In this document: one piece after another, positions 12,106 to 38,190 of the stretch
Numbering within the stretch: the first letter of the stretch is position 1
How the letters are laid out: every line of letters begins with the position of its first letter
Origin: Takakia lepidozioides
Lineage: Eukaryota > Plantae > Bryophyta
Assembly (NCBI GenBank): GCA_030704615.1
Contig: CM060731.1
Coordinates: forward strand, 66,836,001-66,900,000
Direction: 5' to 3'
Length of the DNA: 64,000 nucleotides
The notes under the pieces: generated by a model
What the model was told of the DNA's origin: nothing
What the model saw: the letters and a program-made list of their open reading frames with translations, nothing else
Database searches by the model: none
Translations under genes and position numbers: made by a program

Positions 12106-12711
12106 TGTCACGGACACAGCCCAGAAGAACTTACCAGGAGTAAATACCAGAAGTTATCAAGTTACCAAAAATTATCGTGATCTACCATGATCTACCATAT
12201 TTATCATAAGTTATCATTAGTTACCAAGTTACCGGGAGTTTACCAAATTATCGAGAGTAACTTGGGAAACTGCTCAGGAAGCTTCCTTTGGAAGAAATTT
12301 CTCCATCAAGATACCTTCTTTGTTTAAGGAAACTTCTCCATCAAGAAACCTCCTTTGGGGAAGCCTCTTAGGGAACCTCCTAGTAACCAGTATATATAGG
12401 AGGCGAGACTGGACACTCTTCAGTCTCGCCAACACAAGTTCAAGCTACTCTTGTTCCCAGTCCCAGTACTCCAGTCCAGCTTTCAGTACTCTAGTCCAGT
12501 TTCCAGTATCTAGTACCCCAGTCCAGTTTCCAACATTCCAGTATTCGAGTTGAGTTCCAATATCTTGTACTTTTGTCCATTGTTATAAAAATCATCTTTG
12601 ATTCATGTTTATCCACCATGCATTTGGCCACGCCGACCTTTACTTCTTGACTAGTCTTGTACCTCTAGTCTGATCTCTTGTTTTTGTTCAGTCATGCTCT
12701 CGTCCTTGACA
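12106..12711 (+). repeat. 3' LTR (606 bp)
   Basis: TGTCA...TGACA, followed by TSD ATGAC. Confidence 0.95.
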
Positions 12712-15204
12712 ATGACTATATCTAGTGACCTCCACTGTTCAGTGGAGGTTCACATTCCCGCACTCTCGGATTTATGATTATGTCTCTTTGGCAGGTTCAA
12801 GGAGATGCTGACGACGTCATCGGTTCCTCAAGTCCCCTAAAAGAACCCTCCGGATCAACAATGAGTCGGAATATTGAAGGTTTTCCGAGGGTTCACAATG
12901 GCCCTCAAATTGAGGGTGGATCCTCGGTCAGACCCTTCTCCTCTCGGGAAGCGGACGACAATTCTCCTCTCGGGTCCTCTTGGGTGTAAAGTCCAAGGTG
13001 CAGGTGAAGAACAGAAATATCCCGAAAACTTTATCGACCTTTCTCAACATTCATCACCCTCTCCATTCAGTACGCACGGTCTGGTCTATCCAACCCGCAG
13101 GGCAACCGTCGGGGACTCGGCTACGGCTCCGCTGCACCTTGTTCCGTCTCTTCCTCGCATATCTCCCTAGCACGAGGGTTGGACAGCCCAAATCCGTAGG
13201 AGTCATGTGACTTAAACTCACTTCTCGCCCCTTGCTCATTCTCTTAGTTTCATTTTGTTTGGGGTCTGATATTCATCTGTCGCTCCAGGCCAGAAAATCT
13301 ATAGATTATGACCTTCCTGTCAAACGTCGTCTGCATTGGAATGCAGTTCCGAGGTAAATTATTCCTTCGTTGCGTTTTCATTCCATCCAGGATGTCGAGT
13401 GCTGAAGGGACAATTTTCTGTGCTTGCCTGTTATTGCCCCTCCACTCCCTCCGTCGTTCAATGACAAAACATCTCCAACATCGACACAGCCTGACCCTGA
13501 ACCGGTGGCACAATGTTCTGCACCAAAGAGGCAAAAAAGAGCCCCGAGCCATTTCCTTCCTCTGCAGGAAATCTTTCCAACGGACAAAAGGCTGACAAGA
13601 AAAAAAAAACGGACTCCAAACTCATGATGACTCCCTCGGATGTTGTGGCGCCTCGTCAATCCATGCCCGCGAGAATCCACTGTTCCTCTGTGAAATCTTC
13701 AATGGTAAATTTCAAAACCATTTCTCCACTTTCGTTTGCAGTTTGTTTTGCGGTCCCAAACTAACTCCGTAATTTTTATACTAGCGAGTATGGAGCCGCA
13801 AAACTTCTTGAATGCGCTTCCCGACAATGTGCGTCCATTAACCTCCACTTAACAGCCGACGTTCATTTTCAATGATCTCGAACTCTTCGATATATCGTCT
13901 ACTCTTGGTCCTTTACAGTATTCCATTGTCGGGATATTTATGTCTCGGCAAACGTAAAGGTCACTCTGAAACTAAGAAACACTACATCGTGTTGTTTCTG
14001 ACGGCGGGAACACTTAAATTTATTTCCTTAAATTGCGCAGGATGACATCGTCCATCAACCTTCGTCTGCCACATCGGGGAAGAGGAAACGTATGTTGTTA
14101 ATATTGAGTGTCAACGGACTCCTTTGCTACCGGCCACCTCCAACCGGCGGTGAATTGTTTAAGGAGAGATTTTGTTTCAGGAAAGTTACAGTTCATGTTC
14201 CCGACAGACTTTTTGTGGTTCCCCGGCTCGGAGTCTTGGAGTTTCTCAACCTTGCGTTGATGCATTTTCACGTGGCAATTTGGTCATGTGCTGAAAGAGA
14301 TGTTCTTTGTAGGATGCTCGAGTGCTTAGTTCCCACGAAAATTGCGAAATTTTTTTGCTTCATCTGGTCAGCTGAGGATTGCAAAGACACTACCGGTTAC
14401 ATCATGCCTGGGATGAAATATCTCGTTAAGGATATTCGCACTGTTCTTGCCAAATACCCTGGTACACCTTGTGCAATGCATGGACAAATACTCCTTGTCG
14501 ATGATGAGCCATCAAAGGGCCTCCGAAACCGACCAAATACTGGATTCTTCCTTATTTCGTACTAGCCATCACCAAAGGGCTTGGTTGACCTGGATGATAT
14601 GACAAAAGTTGTGTGGCCATATATATTGAAAATGGCTGCAGCTTCAACAGTCGTAGATTACATCAGCGAGAACCCTGCCAAGTGTTCTCGTATACCTATT
14701 GGTCGCGACCACGGCTATTGGGCTTGGTATGGAAGATATGTTGATCCTCGTGTTTGGATCCCACAACAAAAAGAACTTGATTACCTTGATATGTACTTAT
14801 CACATTGTTTGTTGTTTTGATCTTGAAGTGTCTTCCACTTGCACTTTTACCTTATCATTTTTTCTACAAATGTTCCACATTTCAGCTGACATTTGTCATA
14901 TGAAAAATTGTTTTGCCCAGTCGCTTTCAAGGAGCGAATTCGAAAAGAAGAAGAAGAGCTTCGTGATTGGCAAGAATGGCGGGCTTCCCAGCAGGCTTTA
15001 AGGGCATCAAAAGATTCAACAAGTAGAGTTTCAAATAACATTTCGGATGATAATGTTACTACTAAGTTCGAGTTCTCCGAAAGTATTTCCGTTTCCTCTG
15101 GTACGGAGACCGTTCCAAGTGGTTGTGGTAACCGGAGGCGTCTTCGAACACATGCCTTGACTGCGCGCCGTTTGGGAGGAGGCTCTGTAATATTAATGGG
15201 TTAG
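12712..15204 (+). pseudogene. Continuation of the interrupted gene, including a second FCP1/NIF-like domain (14041..14820)
   Basis: KRKRMLLILSVNGLL, PRLGVLEFL, VAIWSCA, FIWSAEDC, KDIRTV, LLVDDEPSK..RN.PNT. An in-frame stop at 14563 separates ORFs 14092 and 14581, which share a frame. Confidence 0.7.
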
Positions 15205-15684
15205 TGTAAGCCGTTGTATGGCTTTGAGCCGCTGGATAACATTAAGTCCAACAGATATACAGTTGACGTTACATTATGTGTGACTGCAACGCCAAAATCT
15301 CTAATAAAATATGAATGTTTATCATCAATGTATGCGGACTCATTCTTTCATGTCATCCTCTTTATCACATGCCATGATTGTTCTATGTTTGGTTTTGTAT
15401 GTCATCTGATATGACAACCATTTTGTGCAAAAAATTTTATATATCTGACCTCACATCATGGTGTAATTTATTGCATCCTCCCATTTTTTTTGTGAACGTC
15501 CACTTGGCAGTGGATGTTGTTCTAAAACCACAATACATACTTATATTGTCTCCAAAAACTATTTGGAGGATTATTGTTCATGTGGTTATATTGTACATAA
15601 AATAGCCAAATAATCATATATATCGCTTTATTTCAATAAGAAATTATGTTTATTCATATTTCTCATATTATTTCTGGACCAAAC

Positions 15685-15713
15685 AAAAGTCTAGAATTAG
15701 TTAAAATAGTGTT
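15685..15713 (-). repeat. Terminal-inverted-repeat-like sequence matching 3314..3342
   Basis: Reverse complement AACACTATTTTAACTAATTCTAGACTTTT versus AACTCAATTTTAACTAATTCTGGACTTTT: 26/29 identical. Confidence 0.75.
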
Positions 15714-16429
15714 AGATTCACAACAATGATTGGCAACAATGACAGATGAGACGCACATGAGGGACGCCTTTGGATACATAGGAGATTGCTTACATGATAC
15801 TGAACATTGGGCCTCTACATGGGAGATGGCTTAGATTCAATTCTTCACACATGGCCAATGGCACATACTACCGGCCTAGATCTCCCAAACTACTCTGGAT
15901 ACATAGGAGATTGCACTTGGACTTAGATGACACTGGACACTTGGGCCAAAGGAAAAGTGCCTATGGAAAAAAAATAAAGGTACCCAAATACCATACCACC
16001 AACTAGGGTAGCCTGTGCCATTCCCTCATAACGTTGAGGTCATTTACCGGATTTGGATAAAAAAATACCTTGTAAATGTGGCACTCTCTCAACCCGTTGG
16101 TTTGTAGTTTGTATAGCCCCTGCACATAACATACTCATGAGCCGTCCAATGGATGAGCGGTGGTGAGTAGGTGAGCAACCAAGTTGTTTTGGGTTCGTAT
16201 ATGAGAATACAATCGGCCCTACAGCTTCGGGGAATATTGTAAGGTTCAGCGCCAATAAGGTTATTTTGACAATATGGTTTGGAAGTATGTTTGGGGTAGG
16301 GTCAGAAAAATGAACCAAACAATACATAGTGTAACACCATTTATGAAGATTTTACCTAATTTTTTTTTAATGAAATACAACAAACACAAAATATCTGTAA
16401 CTTCTTCAAGAAACACATGCGACTAGCAC

Positions 16430-16910
16430 TAGAGTTTATCATTGTGAGTAATGACATGTTTTGGTCCAAAAGTAAGAGGATCTAAAAACGTTCACAAATG
16501 CAAAAACATTGTTAGGTTATCTTATAAGTTCATATTTTGCACGACATGATGCCTTCTTCAAACTGTACGTTTCCGCATGAGGCCAGGTCAATAGCCATAC
16601 ACCTCTAACAGAAATTATGATCATGTAGAGCTTTGATAACTTATCATATAAAAATAAATAAAAACTATGGAAGTACATTATTTTGATGGTAAATAGATGA
16701 TATGAGAATTCACATGACTAAGTATGGTTCTTCGGTCAACCACAAATATGTATATTTTATTTTTACGCAACCTATTGTTATACATCTATGTGAGCATTAG
16801 AGTTCACTATTGTGAGCAATGACATGTTTTTGGTCCATAAATAAGAGAAACTAAAAACGTTCCACAAATGCAAAGAGATTGTTAGGGTCACTTGCAAATT
16901 CATATTTTGT
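16430..16910. repeat. Direct repeat pair of ~110 bp (16430-16540 and 16797-16910)
   Basis: TAGAGTT..ATTGTGAG.AATGACATGTTTT..CTAAAAACGTT..ACAAATGCAAA..TTCATATTTTG occurs twice. Confidence 0.8.
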
Positions 16911-17362
16911 ATTGTTTGTGAGACAATGCCACAAATCTGAAGGACAAACGGTCATGATTTGGCAATCAACATGATGATGTCATGCTCAATCATTTGAATC
17001 GTGGTTGTTGATAATCTCAGTCCAAGCATCGAGTCGATGATTCCCATCCCACACATAGAACATGGAATCCTATAAAATAATATCATGACATCAAATACTC
17101 TTTATACGAAACACGATAAAACATAACATCAAAACAAATTAGTATTCATCAAATACAAGCTCATAAAAGAGCAAAATAATATAATTGACAATGTTTAAGG
17201 GGTTGACACCTTTATCCACCTCCATGTCTCATTGTTACACTCCATTTCAAATTCTTTGTTCACTTCTTCTCAAATAGATCCCCACTGCACCTTGTCATTA
17301 TTGATTTCTTGTTGCGTGGCCCTCTTGCCATTATCAAGAGACACAAGGAACTTGACAAGCAT

Positions 17363-20300
17363 ATGGTTAACTGTGACCATTTCTCAACTCTTCATTGGGC
17401 CTTACAGGCTAAAACGCCTCACTTGTCATTCATTGTATGGTTTCAAACAGTCCAAGACCGCTCATGGAAAGACCTAAAAGGTAATTTGACTCCCCTGTCA
17501 GTTAGGGTTTGTTATTGGAAGTTGCATTTGTCCATTGAAGTGTGCTTACGATTGAGTTTATATTGTGTTCGTATCAAGGTTTACAACTACCTTACAAAGG
17601 GGTCATCGTCTCAATCCGTGCAAGCCTAGTGGAATGTCCAACTAGGATTTTTAATCGCAATTTGAGATTATGTTCCAAGCATCCAGTCTTAATGGGCCCA
17701 AGTGTTCTCACCAGAAGGAGATGACTACCTCAGCATTCAAAAGATTTTTGAGAAATGCTCAAACCTCGAACTTTTTTCACCAAAGGTGCCATACATTGTT
17801 TTTTCTTCAAGAATTGGACGCTTGTGTTTTTTCATGGTTGAACGGCGTCTCTTTCTTGCTTCTTGGTTGAACTTGTGTAGGATCAGTAGGGTTCTCACTT
17901 CGTTTCACTTTGTTGCAGGTCTTTTGCTTACTAAGAAATGGTGGTTCGAGCAAACGCTGGAAATTGACTTTCCTTCCTTCGGTGCTCAGCCCGGATGCCA
18001 AAAAAAACGGTATCCAAATAAACCCTCAGTTGTCTATTGGGATATCCAGGAAGAAATACGTGAGTTCGTTAAAAATGCAGACAATGTTGAGCGCGCATAT
18101 CCACCAGTGAACCCGTACAGTCTTCCTAAGAACGCAAATGCAACTGAGGCATTGGTGACGAGCCATTTTTGGAGTATTCTTCAGCAAGTGGCTAGTGTCC
18201 TTCCTATCAAAGAGTTCAATATCTCACCCTTGCACCCAAACTCCTCATCTGCGAGGCCACGTCGATCGGATCCAAGCGACCAAGCTGAAGCGTTGGCATC
18301 TGAGAAAGTTATCTATTCTGATATGGTGCTAAACCGTGGTACAAAGGGTCTCTTAGTGGTGGAGATGAAGCGTCCATCTCTGTTTAGGAGAGCTGAGGGT
18401 GATGAAATGCCGAGCTTGTGTGCTTCAGTGCAGGAACTTGTGGCTCAATCCGGAACGTCTCAATCTTGGGCTCGAAGTCGGGTTTTGGTCCAGCCTGTGA
18501 ACCAGATCTGCCAATACATGATGAACATGAAAATGAGCTATGGCATTATCTCATCACTTGACTTGTCGTATTTTCTTCGTATCAAGGGCCGTGTCTTAGA
18601 GATATCTAATGCCATAGCGAGTGATAGTCCTCTTCTTCTAGGCGCCCTTGCCTTCCACTTGCATACTGTAGCCGAGGACTCGGAAGAGTTTGAAGAGCCA
18701 GATCCGTTTGGAGTGGAAAAATCCAGGTAATGGCCTATTCTAATGTTTTGTGCAATGTCCATTGAATGAAAACGTAGAGGACAGCTCTGCACTGGACGTT
18801 GTTTTACGCTGAGGTTAGTGTTGTAGGAAGGCCCTAGAAGAGGATTGTACATGTAGCGCCAAAAGCCTTTTCAATGCATGCACATGTTGTTCCAGTCGTA
18901 TGTGGTAGGTGGTGAGTCGAGGTGCAGTGTAAGTATGTAAAGCCACTGTCAAGTTGGTGCTGATTGTGAAGGACGTGAACTCCAAGTTGAGGGTGGTTCT
19001 CATTACTGGAAATTGTCTTCGATTTTGGCACTGTTTCTAGCGGTTGACTTGTCTTTGCCATTGCTTGGTTTCCGAGTTTCTTTTAGTAGTTTATATTACC
19101 TGGGTGTCTGTCCTGTGAATCTGATTATCTTTTTGTGTGGTGGGTGAGTCTTTGTTGTCTTATTTGAGTGCATCGTTGATGGTGTTGTTTGTTTTGGCGG
19201 TTCCTTTCGGTTGCTGAAATTGTTGGATTCGGATAGTATTTTGTTGGGGAAGATTAGTGTCCATATTCAAAATCTTGTTCAGTGGCATAGTACTTTGTCA
19301 ATACAGTAATGAATGTTGCGATTGATGGTCTTTGTCCATGTAATTGATATGTGACATCCCTGTCCCAGATTTGATTTGTAGATAATCACTTTTGTGAACC
19401 TACAACTAAACTCAATTTATGTATTGAAATGAATGCAGTATGGTGCGACTTCATCATGCCATAGGTACCTCGGACGCTCTTCTCTGTGTTAGAGAAAATC
19501 TTTGAATGAAGGGAATATTGCACCTCAGTTGTCTATTGAGGTTGGGAAACTAAGGTTTCAGACAAATATAATAATGTTGCAGGTGTCCAGGTGCTAATGG
19601 GGTTGTGTTTTTGTAGGGGAAGATTCTCCTGATGACAGCTCAGACTACTCTGAGCAAGACAATTCAAAGACCGAGGATCATAGTGATGAATACTCCCTGG
19701 GAAAACGAAAACGAAAAGCAGATGATGCGGGACCTTCCCCTATTAAGACACGGTAAGTGTCACTGTTTGTTTTGAATACTCATGGTGAAGTTGTGAGGCC
19801 TGATAACTTACAAGGTGTATGTCTTTCCTTACAGGAGCCAAATGGGTGGCAGCAGTCATGAAGGTTTGCGGGAGACTCCTGCAGACTCTTGCATTTGGCA
19901 TCCCATCCCTTTGCGACGGGTTGGAGTGGAAGGATCGTACTTGGCAAATATGAGGGTTACCCTGTTGTAGTGAAACTTGCGCCGTCTAGTTCGGAACGTG
20001 CATAGGTGATGCATCTTTTTTTTGATGGGATCCATTGTTGTGAAAGTTTTAAATGTATATTTGCCTTACATGTAATAGTATTGGGGAAAATACATACCTG
20101 AGCTTGTATCGTATGGGACTACTGCGGGGGGCAAAGTTGTGTACATTGCAACCGAATTCATCAACGGTCATGAAATTGGAATGGGTATGTTACATAATGA
20201 GCTTGCTTTTACTGTGTTCGTGTAGGGCAGTCGTTTACTGTGTTACATGTAGTAGAGTACTAATATGTTGGATGCACGGTTTGCAGCAGGAGTTTTGACC

Positions 20301-20573
20301 CCAGAAGCGGTGAAGGCGACATTTGATGCACTCAACGTTGTGCATGAATCTGGAATTCTTCATGGGGACATCCGGAGCAATAATATCTTGGTTGTAAAGA
20401 GAGAGCAGGGAGTTCGTCTAATTGATTTTGGGTTCTCTAGTCCCATCACCAGCACTGAAGAGTGCAAGAGAGAGCGTGCACAGCTGGAATACATGTTGAA
20501 ACAATTTTCTGGTTCTCATTGGTTCCGTTCAAATGTAGGGGAAATCGGCGCGGGGGAGATTGTGTCAGTTTAG
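17363..20573 (+). pseudogene. Multi-exon PD-(D/E)xK nuclease-like plus minimal protein kinase gene, apparently disrupted; start uncertain
   Basis: Exon ~17918-18726 has TEALV..YSDMVL..LLVVEMKRP..Q ICQYM..YGIISS..YFLR. Exon ~19835-20005 has ATGWSGRIVLGKYEGYPVVVKL, with a frameshift and stop. Final exon has ILHGDIRSNNIL..LIDFGFS. Confidence 0.7.
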
Positions 20574-20923
20574 GATCAAGGGTCTGTTCCCGCTACCCTT
20601 CCTTCATGGATGGAGAAATGATAACCTCTCTCAAGGTAGTTTTCCGTCACCAAAAACTTGAAAATTGCCCCAAGTGCAAGTGTGTTGAATTTCTCTTGAG
20701 TTTCACACAGGCTCCTACCAATTTCACTAACTCTATCCACCTAGTAGCACTGTTCTAGAGGAGCTTATAGTTCTTATTTGGACAATGGTTGTAATTAAGT
20801 GTAAACCTACTTGTTCCTCACTATATTCAGCACTATATTTCATATTACCCTAGAAATCATTGACCTGGATCGACGTGTGCGATGCAATGAGTGGTAATTG
20901 CGACGGATCGGTTGCGCATACCA

Positions 20924-21770
20924 TCAGCCCACTAATTTTCTCGGAGTGGGATTTTCTCGGTTTAGCTTAGCATCTGCTTTATAGCAAACAGGAATGTGAG
21001 ATACCCGCAGTGAGTGACGGTAGGTCAGGAAATGGCTAGAATTCGGAAACTGCTGCGCCATTGCAATCTTCTTCTCGGTTAGCTCCTCTGATTTGTATAT
21101 CCTGTAATCCCCAAACCATCTGTTATGCTGCTCCACCCACTTTGCTTGAAAACATGGCAACAAATTAGCACCGCGATGATAGTAAGACGAAGATCTCAAC
21201 CGTTCACTCAGGGTCTGTTTTGAAGTCCAGCTCCAGTTGGCCTTGATCGTCCTCCCACAGATTGTACAGAACGATCCTTGTACAGTACCATGGTCCTTCA
21301 TACCTGCAAACTCCTGAAGTACCACAACTTGCATAAACGTCTCCACAATTGAACCTGTCCCTCATCCTAAAGCTCACTTTTGTCTTGAACAACATGTGTT
21401 TTAATAACACGTACATGCTGCTGCAAACATGACAAGTGCTCATTTGAGAACAACAACCCTAGGAAGACATCGTTGTTACAGTAATCCTGATTGCAACTCA
21501 AAGCACATCTGATCGTGCTCTAAACTGCACAAGGTAGACACCCCTATAATTGTCCGGAGTCAAGACAATACTTACTGCAAGGACTCTAACATCCTCCTAT
21601 TCTTCAACCTCGTCAAAACACAAAACTGATCAAACAAGTCTTCCTCGCTACCGTACGGAGACCAGGTTTGAATTGTCTCCAAGTTGTGAGCCCAGTCATC
21701 TGATGATGACCTTATCTCGTCCGATTTCATAATCAATCTGCAAATATCAAGGACCACATCGAGTTGCCGT
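20924..21770 (-). CDS. Probable exons of an uncharacterised gene
   Basis: ORFs 21572..21799 and 20924..21346 have protein-like composition and plausible splice signals. No family recognised. Confidence 0.3.
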
Positions 21771-23009
21771 CTTAACGTGAAGAACATGTAAGTTAACAAA
21801 TACGTATAGCTTCAGCTAAAACTTCACCCCTGCACTCGTAGAAGCACCTCTATATATTTACTTAGTAACAGCCCGAACAGTATCAAGCTGAAACCACTTA
21901 CCCCTACCCGAGTAATTTCACATTGGCCAGCAGCGAACTCACCATTGGAACAACAATATCGTCATGTCGGGTTTCTCAAGAAGGTGAAAGACAGCATACC
22001 GATACTCTGAGTAGCGCTGTTAGGAAACCAAATGAAAAGGGACTATGTCAACAGAAGATAACTCCAGATTACCAAACCAAGACGGCCTCCTCATCTGACT
22101 CCAGTGACACAAATCCAACTCCAGTGATCGAACCCGTCGTGACGAATGCTACAAAGGTATTTCCAAGCACCCACGCTAAGAGTGACAGGAGAAATGCTAA
22201 TAATCATCTAATTAACCCCTAATGGACGAGGAGGTTGCCAGAAAATTTTGATTGGATGAAAATCATCGAGATGAATTCGGATGAATTCAAGGGAAGGCTA
22301 TTAGAGCATAAGTTCCGTACAGGTTATGAAGCATGCCTGGAGGATGAATAAGGTGTAATTCATCGGACAAACTGTTCAAGGGCGAGCGCTTTGGAGAGAC
22401 ATCCAGGGGAGGGTAAGGGTTTATGATGGCACAGAACGATGCACGAGGTACGGGGATGAGATGCCTAGGACCGGGTGATGATTCCACATATGATGAGGTG
22501 ATCACACCGAATGTAAGGCCTTGGATTAGGCCGGAGAAACCATCATAAGCCTTAGATGCTCGCTTGTACGCAACTTGGCTAGAGAAGGGTTAAGTTTTAA
22601 GCCTGGAACCCTTCGAGGATTCCTCGGTTGAAAGCGAGAGGACTAGGAGATTCGTTCCCCATGAAACGATCTATGTGAAGGTGGAGCAGAGTAAGCGAGC
22701 CGAACGAGCAAGACGATGGAGCCGTTGGCCTCTCTCACCGCAAACCACGGAGCGCTCCATCTCAGGCAGTCCATTAACTATTATGTTTGCAAAATTCAGT
22801 CTTTGCAATACATAATAACAACGTTGAAGCAAGCTTAGTTAAAAGAAGACTGATTGCAACCACATAAGACACCCTACATATGCTAAGAAAAATAAAGAAT
22901 AGGGGCGGGCCCGCCCTACATGTGGTAAGAAATGAAGCGTAGTGGCGGACCTTTGGGGATGGACATGCCCTCCCTGACATGTGCACCCTCTTACCCTCAC
23001 CCTTGACAT

Positions 23010-23602
23010 ATTGTGCACCCAGCCAATTTCCTATTCGTACCATGGTATAGTCCTTGTTTTTGCCCATAATACGGGTATGCACCAGTGTTGGGCGGTTATT
23101 TGAATTTCTCTCTAATACCCGGCGGTTACCTATCCGATTATATGTTTATATGACCGGCGGAGGTGAAAAAATGAAGCAACCAAGTCCAGTTAGGAACCGG
23201 CGGAGGTCACACATTCAAATAACCGAGCAAAAAAACTCTTAAAGAACCGCCCAATACCCACGGTTATTTGATGAAAACCGCCGGTTATTTGAGGTTTTTG
23301 CAAGTAACCGTAACCGGCAGGTTATATCTAGCCATAAAAAATTTAATAACCGCAACCACAGGTTAATAGTTTTCTAAAATTTGAAGCAACCGGAACCGCT
23401 GGTTATGAAAAAAATCAAATAACCGCCCAACACTGGTATGCACCCTGGTATTGCCTTGGCAATATCAACCATAGTATTGGAATTTCCAACACCAGCCGGG
23501 TCGGTTATTAACCATAGTATTACAAAAACCAATACCAGCCGGGTCGGTTATTCAATAGGCTGGTTGGTACCCGGCCAGACCCTATATACCAGTCCAACAC
23601 TG
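23010..23602. mobile_element. Older GGTAT/ATACC-rich MITE-like element hosting the hAT MITE
   Basis: Ends in ..TATATACCAGTCCAACACTG, whose reverse complement matches 50321 and 51170. The left boundary is approximate. Confidence 0.55.
23083..23435. mobile_element. hAT-type MITE
   Basis: TIRs CAGTGTTGGGCGGTTATTTGA / TCAAATAACCGCCCAACACTG. Exact 8-bp TSD GTATGCAC at 23075-23082 and 23436-23443. Internal AACCG repeats. Confidence 0.93.
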
Positions 23603-24787
23603 GTCCGAACATGGACCCACTCAAAGATGTGCAATCCAAGCTGTAAACACTGGTTAATTTTCAAAGAGCCTGGGTTGGGAATTGCAGCAATTACAAATGG
23701 TCTGTGGTCTTGAATGTTACATTGTCTGAGTGTTACTTGGTCAGCGGACTGCTTATTGGTGCAAGTTGATACTTGCAAATTCAGTATGTTTACAAAGTTC
23801 TTCTGAAACTTTTGTGAATAAGTGAACAGGCCAAGTGAACAGGCAGTACTCACTGCAAACTCTGCTCACCGCTCTTGCAGACTGGTACATTTATCTCAGA
23901 AACCTGATGCGGTCTGTAGCCAAGAACACAACCAGCCAGCTCCACATCTAGCATCACCTGGACATCTACATTTAGTAGGAAAGAAAACAGAACTTTGCTG
24001 GGATATGAACAAGGCGTAGAATGTGAATTTCGTTCCAACATATAATTGAGAAAACATCTCGTCGCAGAATACTTGAAGGCACGACACCGGACAGAAAGTC
24101 AAAAATAGAATCCTTTGGTCAAGTAACACAGAAAATAGAATGAAATTATGCACACCACAATTTTGACAACCCAGGTGAAAGGAAAATACCCAGCTACATC
24201 TGTGCTTTTCCATGTGACCAAGTCCCAGTTCTACTCAAAGAGAGGGCAGCCTAGACAAACGAAAAGGAGGAAAAAGGGGCAGGCCAGAGGGAGAAATTAC
24301 TCATGAGTTCAATGGCACAGGGACACTAGCTACCAAAGTTAAGATTGTAACCGTTGAAGGTAGTATGAAGAAGAGAGGGTGCCCCCTATGAAACTCCCCC
24401 TATGAAACTCAACATAGAAGACACATTTTTTTTCTTCTCGTTGTAAAAGCTGGGATGGAGTGCACGACCGACAGTGCAGATTGCGCCACCATTAAAAAAC
24501 ACAGGTGCAAATCCCTATACAATCAAGCACAAGGGCCACTAGGAAGAGGCATAAGCAATGCCTGGAAACTTGATGGGGCTATTCAGAACAAAGGCTGCAA
24601 GCCAGGCCGTGTGATACACTCCCTCTCTCACACCCTTACCTTCCCTCTCTTCCCTCTCCTCTACTGATATGTCCACACCAGACCTGCCTTATGCAGGGAA
24701 ACCTGGCTATAGTGGCGTATGCCAAGTCCTACTCAGTTTGGTGCCCTCCTTCCACAGCATGCCAACAGAGCTCCTCACTTGCTCTGG

Positions 24788-38190
<13,403 letters not shown>

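Larger units (their letters stand above)
556..12711 (+). mobile_element. Decayed Ty3/Gypsy chromovirus LTR retrotransposon (Tcn1-like)
   Basis: Ends are TGTCA (556) and TGACA (12711), with a 5-bp TSD ATGAC at 551-555 and 12712-12716. Paired LTRs, gag, RT (YLDD ~2821), RNase H, integrase and chromodomain, all with many stops and frameshifts. Confidence 0.95.

Noticed and set aside
22240-22770. LINE ORF1 remnant on the minus strand
   Set aside because: Composition is suggestive, but no diagnostic motif could be read.
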